A stretch of 64,000 bases of DNA from Nanobdellota archaeon (GCA_030648155.1 JAUSIK010000013.1:65924-129923), one strand, 5' to 3'. Counted from the first letter of the stretch, positions 37,829 to 47,306 are shown. The notes: generated from the sequence alone by a model not told the origin. Made by a program: numbers and translations.

Positions 37829-40800
37829 GAAAAGAAATATTACTAGGGATTGTAATTTTGTTTGTTTTAGTGGTTGGAGTAGAAGCTCAAGTAGGGGGGA
37901 GTTTTTCACAATCAGTCACATATCAACATAGGGCAAGCTATCAGGCAATTTATGGGCCTGAAGATAGACTAAATACATACTGGCCTATACTGGGGGATAA
38001 AGAAACTTGCCAGGCAAGACAGGACTTTATACTACAAATTTCTCCTGCTGGATGCCAGCCTGCTGTAGTGAGGTCTGATCTATTAGCTGAACAAAATGTT
38101 CCTGTATTTTGCCAGATAGATGCATTACAAATAAACCCTTTAATTGATGTTGATAAAATTAGAAGCCTTAGATTTACTGGGAAATATCCACAAGAGATTT
38201 TAGGCGCAGGATTTCATCCTGCTAGAGCTGCATTAAGAACTAGGGACAAATTACTAGGAAGTCCATTAATAAATAATATAGGGTATGTCGTGGTAGTTTT
38301 GAAGAAAAACCCTGTTGAAAAAAATGTTCCTGACTTTGTTAATGTAACTTTATCTGCTCAAATTGATTACGAGGCAGGAAACGCTTTTGGTATTGGGAAG
38401 GCAGAATTTATTTTAGAACCAGTTAGTGATTATGAATGGGAAACGCAAAAATTCAAACAGAGTTTTTGGAATGGAAGATATTTTGTTAGACTAGAACAAG
38501 TTGATCCTAATTTTGTTGTTGTTTCTTTATTTAGCGGTGAACGAAAAATATCTACAACTAGAGTTGGAAGAGGCGAAACTAGCAGTTCTATTTGGGTTCC
38601 TGGAGTTTATTGCAGGGCTGGAGTTAAAGTCACTTATGATGGATTGGTTGCTGCCGAAAATAAGGCAACGATTTCAATAAGTGATGATAAAGGAACCGAT
38701 ATTTTAGATGTTTATGATGGAAGCAGATTTTTAAATGATAAGTGTAGTGTAGATAAAATTGAAATATATGATGAAAAAAGTAGTTCTACTGTTAAGGCAG
38801 GAAATGTAAGCATTAGATGCAGTGACGGACAGAGATTAGAGCTTAAATTAGGAGATGTTTTGAAAGAAGATAAATGGCATTTATCTGAAAAATATGATCC
38901 TACTAAAAGAATAGATGTATTTTTAGATTTAGGAAAGAAAATAAAAAGCGGAATTTATTTCAAAGATGCTAAAGTTTATTTGGAATATATTGAAAATGAT
39001 GTTAATTTTGATGGGCCTTTATTTGTACTTGAAATAGGAGAGGTAAGAAATAATGTGGTTTATATGGATGCGATAAAGTTTGGGGATGCAATTAAAGATG
39101 TTAATTTGAATGTTATTAATGAGGTTAAAAATTCTTTCGAATTGTTAGATGGGGCTAAGATTGTAAATGAGGAGTTGAAATTGGATGCCTATAATATTAA
39201 CAGCAATATTGATGAGTTAAATTTAGGCGATGAAAATGAGAATAAGCTTAGAGAGGCTATTTCTGCTTTTAGAAATGTAAGCGATCAATATCCTGCCGAG
39301 AGAGACAGCAATTCTAAAGATGGAGAAAGCTGGGGAGAAAGGGCACTTAAGAAGGCGATTGATTTAGCTTCATTGGCTGGAAAGGAAAAGATAAGGGCAG
39401 ATTTAATTAAAGAATTTGTTGATAGGTATCCTGATTCAAATTTTGCTGATAGTTATAGATATGAATATAATCAGATAGTCAGCACTGATTTTTCAAGAGC
39501 AGGTGGGGTAATAAATATAGACCAGCGGTTTTACAATGTTAGATTGGTTGATTTGGAAATACCAAGAAAACAATCTAGTGCTGATTTTGCTTTGACTGGC
39601 GTGGAATCTGGAAATGTTAAAGTAAATTTAAATGAACTAAAAAATATTATAGATAGAGGGGTAGGGTCGATTGATAGCATAAGATTAGATAAAATACATG
39701 ATGAAGAAAATGTTAAGGCTAGTATAAATTGCAGAGTTGAAAAGAGCGGGGGAGGTTATGGTTTGAAGTCAGAATCTTATAATTTGAAATTAAATGATGA
39801 GGCTACTAAGGTTTGCGATAAGGCATTCATTAAATTGAGAGATACACATATTGAACAGATTGCAAAAGTAAGATTAATACCTGAAGCACAAGGGACTAGA
39901 ACAGAGACAAATTTAACCGTAAATATTGGAATTGAAAAGAGAGCTATAAAATTATCACCTGATAAAACTAGCGAGATGATTGAAAATCTTAATGAAAGTA
40001 TTAAAAAGTGGGAGAATATAAATGAAAAATTAGGAAAGGTTGTAAGTGGATTGAAGGGTGCTTGTTTCGCAACTGCAGGCGTATTGACTGTGAAGAATTT
40101 CATAAGCGGAATAGGTGGAGAGGCACTCGCAAGGCAAAAAGTGATGGTAGGATGGACAAAAGAGTGCAGTGATTTGGTTAATGCTAATCCGCCAAAATAT
40201 CCAACATTAAATGCTTGTTATTTAGCAAAGAGTGATGAGATTAATAAAGATGTAAGCTCTGCAAATGAAGCAATAAATCAGATTAATACTAGAATTGAAG
40301 GGATTGAAAGAAATTATGTTGAAAGCAGTTCTATAGGCGGAACGGATATCAATAGGGGGAAGGCGGCGGTTGCTTACTGCAACGATTTAAAGACGAGATA
40401 TGGAACAAGAGATGTTAAAATTAAAGAAGGGGCTAATGAAAGAACTCTAAAATTTAGTGAAGTATTAGGAGATTGTGAACAAGGATATAATAATCAGGGG
40501 CTTTATGGATACAATGAGTTGAGAGAGATAGAATATAATTTGATAATGAAAGATAGGGCTTCTTCAGTTAATGTTAAAGATAGTTCAAATAGATTATTAC
40601 AAGGAAGTTATGACCAGATTTATGAAAATAGACATCGTTATGAGGAAGTTGAGAAGGCTAAAGCGACAAAGACTCTAGGATTACCTTCTGTTCCGATTGC
40701 ACCTACTAGTAGTATTAGAAAGAATGTTGTTGGAGAGGTTGTGAGTGTGGGAGGAGTTTCTTCTGATGTTAAAATTGATAAATTAGATAAGGAAAAAAAT

Positions 40801-43791
40801 ACTCATCTGGCAAGCATGAGCACTTATAATACAGAGGGATTTACTGTTAATGGTATTAAGAGAAAAGGTTTCAAGGGAGGAGATATTTACTTATTGGGAC
40901 TGAACAAAGATACAGAGGGATATTCTGTTCAGGAAGTTTATAGGAAGACTGGAGATAATAAATATGAAATATTAGATAGTAGTGAGAGGGGAGATTTCTT
41001 AGATATATATGGAATTGGCAGAATAACTCCAGCAGATAGTGTAAGTTATGCAAATTCATACGAAAACCCTGAAGTAAGATATTATGAAACTGAACCATAC
41101 AAGGGAATGCCTGCGATTGTACCTTTTGATGTTAGAGATGGGTGGTATGCTGCGACAAGACAGACTTTACCTGCATTTGGAGGAATAGGAGCATTTGATT
41201 CTAGCGGAAGAGTTACTAGTTTTTACTTATGCAATGTTGGACCTAATCATAAAGAGCAATTCTTTGAGGGATATGGGGATGATATTTGCCAATTAATTAA
41301 TTTGAATACAGGACAGCCTTATGGATTCTTCCCAGGGTTGAGTGAGACTGAAGCAAAAAGAAGAGTTGGACAGGCAGTTGGTGCAATTGAAGATGCTGCA
41401 AATCAATATGGCAGGAAACTTGCAAGAGTTGCTGGAAAGGATTTTGCGGTTGGAAGGCCTGCTGCAAACATTCCTTCAACTCAATGCCAGAACTTTATGT
41501 CTCCTGAAGAATGCCATTTAATGTTTAATGTTTGTGATCCTGTTATTTGTCCTTCATCTAGATGTGATTTTGGAGGGCAATATCCTGTAGCAGACGTTGT
41601 ACAGACTGGAATAATTGGATCAACATTATTATGTCTTCCTAATATTAGAGAAAAAATTATTATTCCTGTTTGCTTGACAGGAATACATGCTGGAATTGAT
41701 GGGTTTGTAAGTATTCTAAAAAATCATAGAGATTGCTTGCAAGAAAGTTTAGAAACTGGGAGAACAATTGGAATTTGCGACCAGATTTATTCAATATATT
41801 TATGTGAATTTTTCTGGCGACAGATTTCTCCTGTTGCCAAAGTAATTTTACCAAAGATAGTTGAACTTGCTTATGGGCAGGGAACACGAGGTGGTGGAGA
41901 ATATCTTACTGTAAGTGCAGCTTGGCAGAATACACAAGACTCTGTAAATTATTTCACTCAAAGCTATGCTGCGAATTCTATTAAAGCATTCCAGGCAAGA
42001 AGTATAGAAGAGGCAGGGGCTCCATTCTGTAAGGCATTTGTTTCTGCAAAGGCACCTACTTCGTTTGAGAGTTTAATTGAACCTGACAGTCCTCCACAAT
42101 TCCATGCATGGTTTAGTGCTACTAGATTTACAGATGCAACTGTTCCTGCTACTTCACAGTATAAAGTATTTTATCATATATTTTCTGGAAAGGATCAGGG
42201 TGTGCATTATAGTGTATATATGAAGAATCCCCCTACATCCAGCTACTATAGTTTGCCTGCCATTGTACATGTTGCTTCTGGATTTGTTGGAAGAGGGCAG
42301 TATGCAACCGAAAGTAAAGACTTTACTGCTCCAGAAGGATATAAAGAATTATGTGTAAGAGTAAATGATAAGGAAGAATGTGGATTTAAAGAAGTATCAA
42401 CAAGCTTTGCAATTAATTCTCTAAGAGATAGTTATGTAGCTGACCAGGCAAAAGAATCAGAAATAAAAACTGAAGGGGAATGCATAAGTGGAAGCACAAG
42501 TTTAAAGGCAACTGTATTAAGTCCTAATATTGGGGCAAATGCAGAAGAGGCAGGTTTGCCACAAATTTATAATAGGGGAATTGTTAGAATTTGTTCAAGC
42601 AAAAACCCTGGAAGCGCGACTGATCCTAGTAGATTTGCTGATAAGGGATTTTGCGGTGATCCAAAATTAAGATGCTGGCTTGATAAAAATAGTGTGGCTA
42701 ATGCAATAACCGATAACAATGCAGGAGTTAGAGACGCGACATTATCGGAAATTGAGAAAACTCAAAGAGAAGATTTAGCTAATAAGGGAATAATTGTTGG
42801 AGATGATGTTGCAGTAGAAGAAATTAAGCAAATAAGAGATTCTATAAATATGTTAAGGACAAAGGCAGAAGTAAGCGACCAGGAAGTAACAGAAACAACA
42901 ATTCGACTAGATTCTTTATTTGATAGAGTGGTGCTTAATCATCATAAGGCGCAAATACTTTATTTAATTGGAGACAGCAAAGCAGTGCAGGTTGAAAAAA
43001 TTATTGCAAAAATAAGAAACCAGGAGAGCAGGAAATCAGAAGTTGTGAAGGGAACAGAGGTTCCGACTCCAACTGAAACTCCAAAGGCAACTGCTACTGT
43101 GACACCAAAGTCAACTCTATCTCCAGAGGCGACTCCGCAAGTTACAAATAATCCTGTTAAATTAACTCTTGGGCAGGATTATAACAGCAAGATTAAAATT
43201 TATTTGTATAAAGATGGAAAGATTACAGATATTTATTTTTTGAATTCAGAGATATTTATTGAAGATTTTGCACTTTGGATTGATAGAAGAATTGGAAAAG
43301 TGAATAAAAATAAAATAGAGGTATTTTCTTATAATATTGATGATACTAATACTGCATTAGGGGGAGAGTATGATGAATTTTTTGACGGGTATTTTGTTGA
43401 GGGAAGAAATATAATAAAAATAGAAGGTACAAAAGAGGTTATTGATGCAGAAAGGAGTGAGGGAGATTATCAATACATATTAAGCAATGAGTATAACCCT
43501 GAAAATACGATTAGCATCATAGAAAAAAGTTCTACTGCGGATAGAATAATATTGATTATTGAGAAAGGAAAAATTTATACTCCTCAATTAAAGATATTGA
43601 TCGGAAATGTTCGACCAATTGAGGAAGGATTATTTGAAATTCAACTAATTAGTGAAGCTAATAGTGTGAACGGATTACAAGCTTATTTAGATAGCAAAGG
43701 ATTATTTATTCCTGAAAGTAAAGTCCTCATTTATTACAATTTAAATAATGCGATTATCGAGGGAAAAGAAATAATTATATCTTTAACTTGA
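37825..43791 (+). CDS. giant (1988 aa) secreted surface protein or adhesin, with a Cys-rich central module and a C-terminal T/P-rich linker
   Basis: Sec-type signal MRKEILLGIVILFVLVVGVEA. A Cys cluster lies around residues 1290-1420, and the linker reads PTPTETPKATATVTPKSTLSPEATPQ. No enzymatic motif is recognisable. Confidence 0.6.
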   Translation: MRKEILLGIVILFVLVVGVEAQVGGSFSQSVTYQHRASYQAIYGPEDRLNTYWPILGDKETCQARQDFILQISPAGCQPAVVRSDLLAEQNVPVFCQIDALQINPLIDVDKIRSLRFTGKYPQEILGAGFHPARAALRTRDKLLGSPLINNIGYVVVVLKKNPVEKNVPDFVNVTLSAQIDYEAGNAFGIGKAEFILEPVSDYEWETQKFKQSFWNGRYFVRLEQVDPNFVVVSLFSGERKISTTRVGRGETSSSIWVPGVYCRAGVKVTYDGLVAAENKATISISDDKGTDILDVYDGSRFLNDKCSVDKIEIYDEKSSSTVKAGNVSIRCSDGQRLELKLGDVLKEDKWHLSEKYDPTKRIDVFLDLGKKIKSGIYFKDAKVYLEYIENDVNFDGPLFVLEIGEVRNNVVYMDAIKFGDAIKDVNLNVINEVKNSFELLDGAKIVNEELKLDAYNINSNIDELNLGDENENKLREAISAFRNVSDQYPAERDSNSKDGESWGERALKKAIDLASLAGKEKIRADLIKEFVDRYPDSNFADSYRYEYNQIVSTDFSRAGGVINIDQRFYNVRLVDLEIPRKQSSADFALTGVESGNVKVNLNELKNIIDRGVGSIDSIRLDKIHDEENVKASINCRVEKSGGGYGLKSESYNLKLNDEATKVCDKAFIKLRDTHIEQIAKVRLIPEAQGTRTETNLTVNIGIEKRAIKLSPDKTSEMIENLNESIKKWENINEKLGKVVSGLKGACFATAGVLTVKNFISGIGGEALARQKVMVGWTKECSDLVNANPPKYPTLNACYLAKSDEINKDVSSANEAINQINTRIEGIERNYVESSSIGGTDINRGKAAVAYCNDLKTRYGTRDVKIKEGANERTLKFSEVLGDCEQGYNNQGLYGYNELREIEYNLIMKDRASSVNVKDSSNRLLQGSYDQIYENRHRYEEVEKAKATKTLGLPSVPIAPTSSIRKNVVGEVVSVGGVSSDVKIDKLDKEKNTHLASMSTYNTEGFTVNGIKRKGFKGGDIYLLGLNKDTEGYSVQEVYRKTGDNKYEILDSSERGDFLDIYGIGRITPADSVSYANSYENPEVRYYETEPYKGMPAIVPFDVRDGWYAATRQTLPAFGGIGAFDSSGRVTSFYLCNVGPNHKEQFFEGYGDDICQLINLNTGQPYGFFPGLSETEAKRRVGQAVGAIEDAANQYGRKLARVAGKDFAVGRPAANIPSTQCQNFMSPEECHLMFNVCDPVICPSSRCDFGGQYPVADVVQTGIIGSTLLCLPNIREKIIIPVCLTGIHAGIDGFVSILKNHRDCLQESLETGRTIGICDQIYSIYLCEFFWRQISPVAKVILPKIVELAYGQGTRGGGEYLTVSAAWQNTQDSVNYFTQSYAANSIKAFQARSIEEAGAPFCKAFVSAKAPTSFESLIEPDSPPQFHAWFSATRFTDATVPATSQYKVFYHIFSGKDQGVHYSVYMKNPPTSSYYSLPAIVHVASGFVGRGQYATESKDFTAPEGYKELCVRVNDKEECGFKEVSTSFAINSLRDSYVADQAKESEIKTEGECISGSTSLKATVLSPNIGANAEEAGLPQIYNRGIVRICSSKNPGSATDPSRFADKGFCGDPKLRCWLDKNSVANAITDNNAGVRDATLSEIEKTQREDLANKGIIVGDDVAVEEIKQIRDSINMLRTKAEVSDQEVTETTIRLDSLFDRVVLNHHKAQILYLIGDSKAVQVEKIIAKIRNQESRKSEVVKGTEVPTPTETPKATATVTPKSTLSPEATPQVTNNPVKLTLGQDYNSKIKIYLYKDGKITDIYFLNSEIFIEDFALWIDRRIGKVNKNKIEVFSYNIDDTNTALGGEYDEFFDGYFVEGRNIIKIEGTKEVIDAERSEGDYQYILSNEYNPENTISIIEKSSTADRIILIIEKGKIYTPQLKILIGNVRPIEEGLFEIQLISEANSVNGLQAYLDSKGLFIPESKVLIYYNLNNAIIEGKEIIISLT

Positions 43792-43829
43792 AAAGTCGAA
43801 GAAACTTCTAATTAATTGGGTAAATATTT

Positions 43830-43970
43830 TGAAATGCGGGAAGAAGGATCCTGAAATACAAACTTTTTAGAAAAAAGTTTCTATGAGTTCAAAAACTTAG
43901 AAGGCTATTGATTCTCAATAGTTGTCTAGCGTATGCACATTCCTTCAGAATTGACATGATCTTTGATCAT
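43830..43970 (-). mobile_element. 140-bp unit at tRNA-Leu: a 20-bp copy of the tRNA-Leu 3' end (43830-43849) plus a 120-bp element homologous to 32980-33096
   Basis: tgaaatgcgggaagaaggat occurs at 43830-43849 and again at 43970-43989, where it spans the tRNA 3' end plus 5 nt of trailer. Positions 43853-43945 are about 95% identical to 32975-33068. Confidence 0.6.
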
Positions 43971-43974
43971 GAAA

Positions 43975-44058
43975 TGCGGGAAGAAGGATTCGAACCTTCG
44001 AAGGCACTAAGCCACTTGGTCCTAAGCCAAGTCCGTTTGACCGCTCCGGCATCCCCGC
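43975..44058 (-). tRNA. tRNA-Leu (anticodon TAG), long variable arm
   Basis: 84 nt. Acceptor stem is GCGGGGA/TTCCCGC, anticodon stem CTTGG/CCAAG with loop CTTAGGA, a 15-nt variable arm, and T arm GAAGG-TTCGAAT-CCTTC. Confidence 0.8.
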
Positions 44059-44368
44059 ATAAAATTAGGGAGATAAATAGAGTTTTAAAGATTTGGGTTA
44101 GAGATTTTAAAAATTCAAAGTACTGATATTATTCTTAAAAAGGATTTGTGGAAAAAAGAAATGATAGTCCATATGATGGCAAGAAGGTTGATTCAAGCTA
44201 TTTGATCGATAATAAAAGTAGAATTCTGGCATAATAGTGAAAAGTATAAATTATTGAATAGAAATAATAAAAAATATTATTCGAAACAAGTTAAATTCTG
44301 CAAAAATGAGCAGTTAAGTGCTCTTTGATAAATGTTCTTGACTTTTAGAGATAGGAATGTTTATAAAT

Positions 44369-44390
44369 ATGTTTATACATGTATAAACAT
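44369..44390. promoter_or_regulatory. perfect palindrome atgtttatac-at-gtataaacat overlapping the probable start codon (44389) and a tttataaata TATA-like box, a putative operator
   Basis: The 10-bp arms are exact reverse complements. The arrangement is the same as at the paralog, 33289-33308. Confidence 0.45.
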
Positions 44391-45177
44391 GAGACATGAG
44401 ATAATTAAACAGGCATTTAAATTAGGGAATTCTGCTGGAGTTCTTCTACCTAATGAATGGAGAAACAAGAAAGTATTGATTAAACTTATTGAAAAATCTA
44501 TTACAGAAGAGATATTTGAGATTTTAGAGGAGAATAATTTGTTGAAAAATACAATTGGGATTTTTTTAGCTGGGAGCTATGCTAGGGGAGAGGAAACGGA
44601 AGATAGTGATATTGATGTTTTAGTTATAACTGATAATTTCAATAAGCAAATAAAAAATGGAAAATATGAGATAGTTTTTATTTCTAAAGATAGATTAGAC
44701 AACTCTATTATGAAAAGTATTTATTTAGCTTCTTTGATTAGTGAATCTAAGGCAATTTTAAACGGGTATTTTTTAGAACTGTATAAAAATAAGGTTAAGG
44801 GTATTTTTATAAAAAAACAATTGGATGAAATAAAATCTATGACTGGAATAAATGAAAAATCCATTGAAATAGATAAAGAAATGGGGGAGAAAGTTCCTGA
44901 TGAGACTATATATTCTGTAGTTTTGAGACTAAGAGAAATATATTTAATTGAATCCTTAAAAAATAATAAAGATTTTTCTAATAAAGAATTTTTAGGATTG
45001 ATAAGAAGCATTGCTAGTGAAGAATCATACAATGCTTATTTAAGGATTAAGAATAATTTGAAACCTAAACAGACTATTGCGGTTGAAGAAGCTATGGCTT
45101 TAATAGATGAACTAAAGAAAAGAATTAGGAGGCTGAAAAATGGCAAAAAGAAGCAAAAGATTGAAGAAAGCGATTGA
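44389..45177 (+). CDS. AbrB-like domain fused to a nucleotidyltransferase, paralog of 33309..34112. The track ORF starts at 44332, but the start is probably the Met at 44389.
   Basis: KLGNSAGVLLPNEW is a swapped-hairpin motif. IGIFLAGSYARGEETEDSDIDVLVI matches the GS...D.D nucleotidyltransferase signature. Confidence 0.55.
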   Translation: MRHEIIKQAFKLGNSAGVLLPNEWRNKKVLIKLIEKSITEEIFEILEENNLLKNTIGIFLAGSYARGEETEDSDIDVLVITDNFNKQIKNGKYEIVFISKDRLDNSIMKSIYLASLISESKAILNGYFLELYKNKVKGIFIKKQLDEIKSMTGINEKSIEIDKEMGEKVPDETIYSVVLRLREIYLIESLKNNKDFSNKEFLGLIRSIASEESYNAYLRIKNNLKPKQTIAVEEAMALIDELKKRIRRLKNGKKKQKIEESD

Positions 45178-45406
45178 GAGTTATAAAGATGAAATAGAAA
45201 AACATTTTAATAAGTTAGATAAAGATATTGAAGAAGGAGGTAATATATTGGCTAGATATTATATTAAGGAGCTAGATAAAAGTCTTATTGATGCTTTAGA
45301 AAAAAAACTTGGTTTACTAGGGGAGGATGAGGAAACTAGTGAGTTATTGAAAAAATATAAGGCACGCTTGATGGAATATAAGAAAAAAGTTGGTGAATTT
45401 GGATAA
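45140..45406 (+). CDS. hypothetical helical protein (K/E-rich)
   Basis: ORF only. Overlaps the end of the nucleotidyltransferase gene. Confidence 0.3.
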   Translation: MAKRSKRLKKAIESYKDEIEKHFNKLDKDIEEGGNILARYYIKELDKSLIDALEKKLGLLGEDEETSELLKKYKARLMEYKKKVGEFG

Positions 45407-45607
45407 ATGCCTTCAGGAGATAATTAGCATTAGGTTAAGAATCTCACGAGCCAAAAACGAGGTTTGTAGTCGATGAGCTTTTTTCATCAAAAAAGTTGTA
45501 GTTAAAAAAGTGTTAAAGTTAAACTCTGCAAAAATAGGAAGTTAAGTGCTCCCCGAATAGACTGAATCAATCACAATGGTTAAAAATGAGGGTAGGGTAG
45601 TAGAATT

Positions 45608-46315
45608 ATGTTTGGAAAAAATAAATACGTAAACTTCGTTTCAGATAAAGATTTTTTGAAGTGTGTAGAGCATGTTTGTAAAGGATATGCTGAAGCTAGA
45701 GATAATTTATCCATAGAGGATTTAAAGAGTAATGGTCTAGATCCGTTTAAGACCTTATTTGACTTAATCAATAAAAGAATAAGTTTTGATACTTGGTTAA
45801 AAAATGAAGAAATGAGACAAGCTGATAAAACTCTGAATAATAGAATTGGAGAGTTTCATCAAAAATTACTTGGAAGTGTTAAGAATTGGGTAGATTTGGG
45901 AATTGGTGATGATTCTAAGGTAGACTTAATGAAAAAAGATAAATCTATATTTATAGAGTTAAAAAATAAATTTAATACAGTAAATTCAGATTCCTTAGAT
46001 AAAGTTAGGGATAAGTTGGAAAGAGCAGTAGCACAGAATAAAAAAGCCAAAGCATACTGGGCTTTCATTATATCAAAAGACAATTCATCAGGAGATAGAA
46101 TTTGGAATAAAAAAGGTAGAAAAACAAACGAAAGAATAAGAGTAATTTATGGTTCTAAAGTTTATGAGTTAATAACTGGAGATAAAGATGCTTTAAAGAA
46201 AACTTGGTTGGCTCTCCCAAGAGCAATAAATGATTATTTCAATGGGAAAGCGGTAATGATTCCTGAAGAGGATATGAAAAAGCTCGTAGGTTTGTTTGGA
46301 TCGGCTCTTCAATAA
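45608..46315 (+). CDS. putative type II restriction endonuclease, the convergent partner of the C5-methyltransferase
   Basis: The call rests on position only. Its 3' end overlaps the methyltransferase 3' end by 77 bp, and no nuclease motif was assigned with confidence. Confidence 0.3.
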   Translation: MFGKNKYVNFVSDKDFLKCVEHVCKGYAEARDNLSIEDLKSNGLDPFKTLFDLINKRISFDTWLKNEEMRQADKTLNNRIGEFHQKLLGSVKNWVDLGIGDDSKVDLMKKDKSIFIELKNKFNTVNSDSLDKVRDKLERAVAQNKKAKAYWAFIISKDNSSGDRIWNKKGRKTNERIRVIYGSKVYELITGDKDALKKTWLALPRAINDYFNGKAVMIPEEDMKKLVGLFGSALQ

Positions 46316-47306
46316 TTTTCTCGTTTGTATTTGATAAAGCTTTAATTATTTGTTTTCCAACTTCTTCTGCTAATTTTACTGGAACAGCGTTGCCTATTTG
46401 TTTATATTGAGAAGATACACTTCCAACAAATTCCCAGTTATCTGGAAAAGTCTGTATTCTTGCATATTCTCTAATTGTGAATGGCCTTGTTTCTTCTGGG
46501 TGACATCTCTCAGTTTGTTTTTGAGAAGGAGAGGTAGTTAACGTTAAACAAGGTTCATCCCAAGAGATACGTCTCGCCATTCCTCTTTTTCCCCCGCCAC
46601 TAAATAAGCTCTTACCCATAAACTCTTTTTGAATGCCTTTTGGTAAATTTACCCAACTTCCACCAGGAGGAACTAAATCCAATACTTTCTTTCTCTTTTC
46701 AGAATATTTAGTTCCTAGGGAAGAAGGAACTTCCTTAAGAGCATCTTTTAAAGTTGTTGTATTTTTGTGAGGGGTAGGATATTCAAAATTTATCTTATCT
46801 TTTGTTCCTATAATAATAATTCTTTTTCTTTTTTGCGGAACAGAATAATTAACTGCGTCTAGTATTTTGTATTTAACTTTATAACCTAAAGAGGTAAGAA
46901 CTTCAACCATTGTTTTCAAAGTTCTACCGCCGTCATGATTAGCTAATCCTGAAACATTTTCAGCCCAGAATATTTTAGGTTGTATTTCTTTTACGGCTCT
47001 TGCAAACTCAAAAAATAGAGTTCCTCTTATATCTTCAAAACCAAGTCTTTTACCGGCATGACTAAATGCCTGACAGGGAAAGCCCCCAGTTAAAACATCT
47101 GCTTCAATTCCTTTAAAGTCAACATCTTTTATGTCTTTATGTGTAATATTCCAGTTAGGCCTATTTTTTCTTAAAGTAGATACACAATCTTTATCAATTT
47201 CATTAAGAAAAACGTTTTTTAATCCAGCTTTTTCTAAACCCAGCGCTAATCCCCCAGCACCAGCAAATAGTTCTACAATAGTAAAATCGCCCTCTTTTTT
47301 TATCAT
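46239..47306 (-). CDS. DNA (cytosine-5)-methyltransferase
   Basis: Motif I is FAGAGGLALGL, motif IV GFPCQAFSHAG, motif VI ENV, and a QIGNAV motif is present. Confidence 0.85.
   Translation of the reverse strand: MIKKEGDFTIVELFAGAGGLALGLEKAGLKNVFLNEIDKDCVSTLRKNRPNWNITHKDIKDVDFKGIEADVLTGGFPCQAFSHAGKRLGFEDIRGTLFFEFARAVKEIQPKIFWAENVSGLANHDGGRTLKTMVEVLTSLGYKVKYKILDAVNYSVPQKRKRIIIIGTKDKINFEYPTPHKNTTTLKDALKEVPSSLGTKYSEKRKKVLDLVPPGGSWVNLPKGIQKEFMGKSLFSGGGKRGMARRISWDEPCLTLTTSPSQKQTERCHPEETRPFTIREYARIQTFPDNWEFVGSVSSQYKQIGNAVPVKLAEEVGKQIIKALSNTNEKIIEEPIQTNLRAFSYPLQESLPLSH

Noticed and set aside
39777-41887. Short minus-strand ORFs within the giant protein gene
   Set aside because: Embedded antisense to a continuous 5.9 kb ORF carrying a signal peptide.
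44332-44388. Upstream extension of the AbrB-nucleotidyltransferase ORF (MFLTFRDRNVYKYVYTCIN)
   Set aside because: It reads through a TATA-like box and a perfect palindrome. The Met at 44389 gives an N-terminus homologous to the paralog, so the extension is probably not translated.
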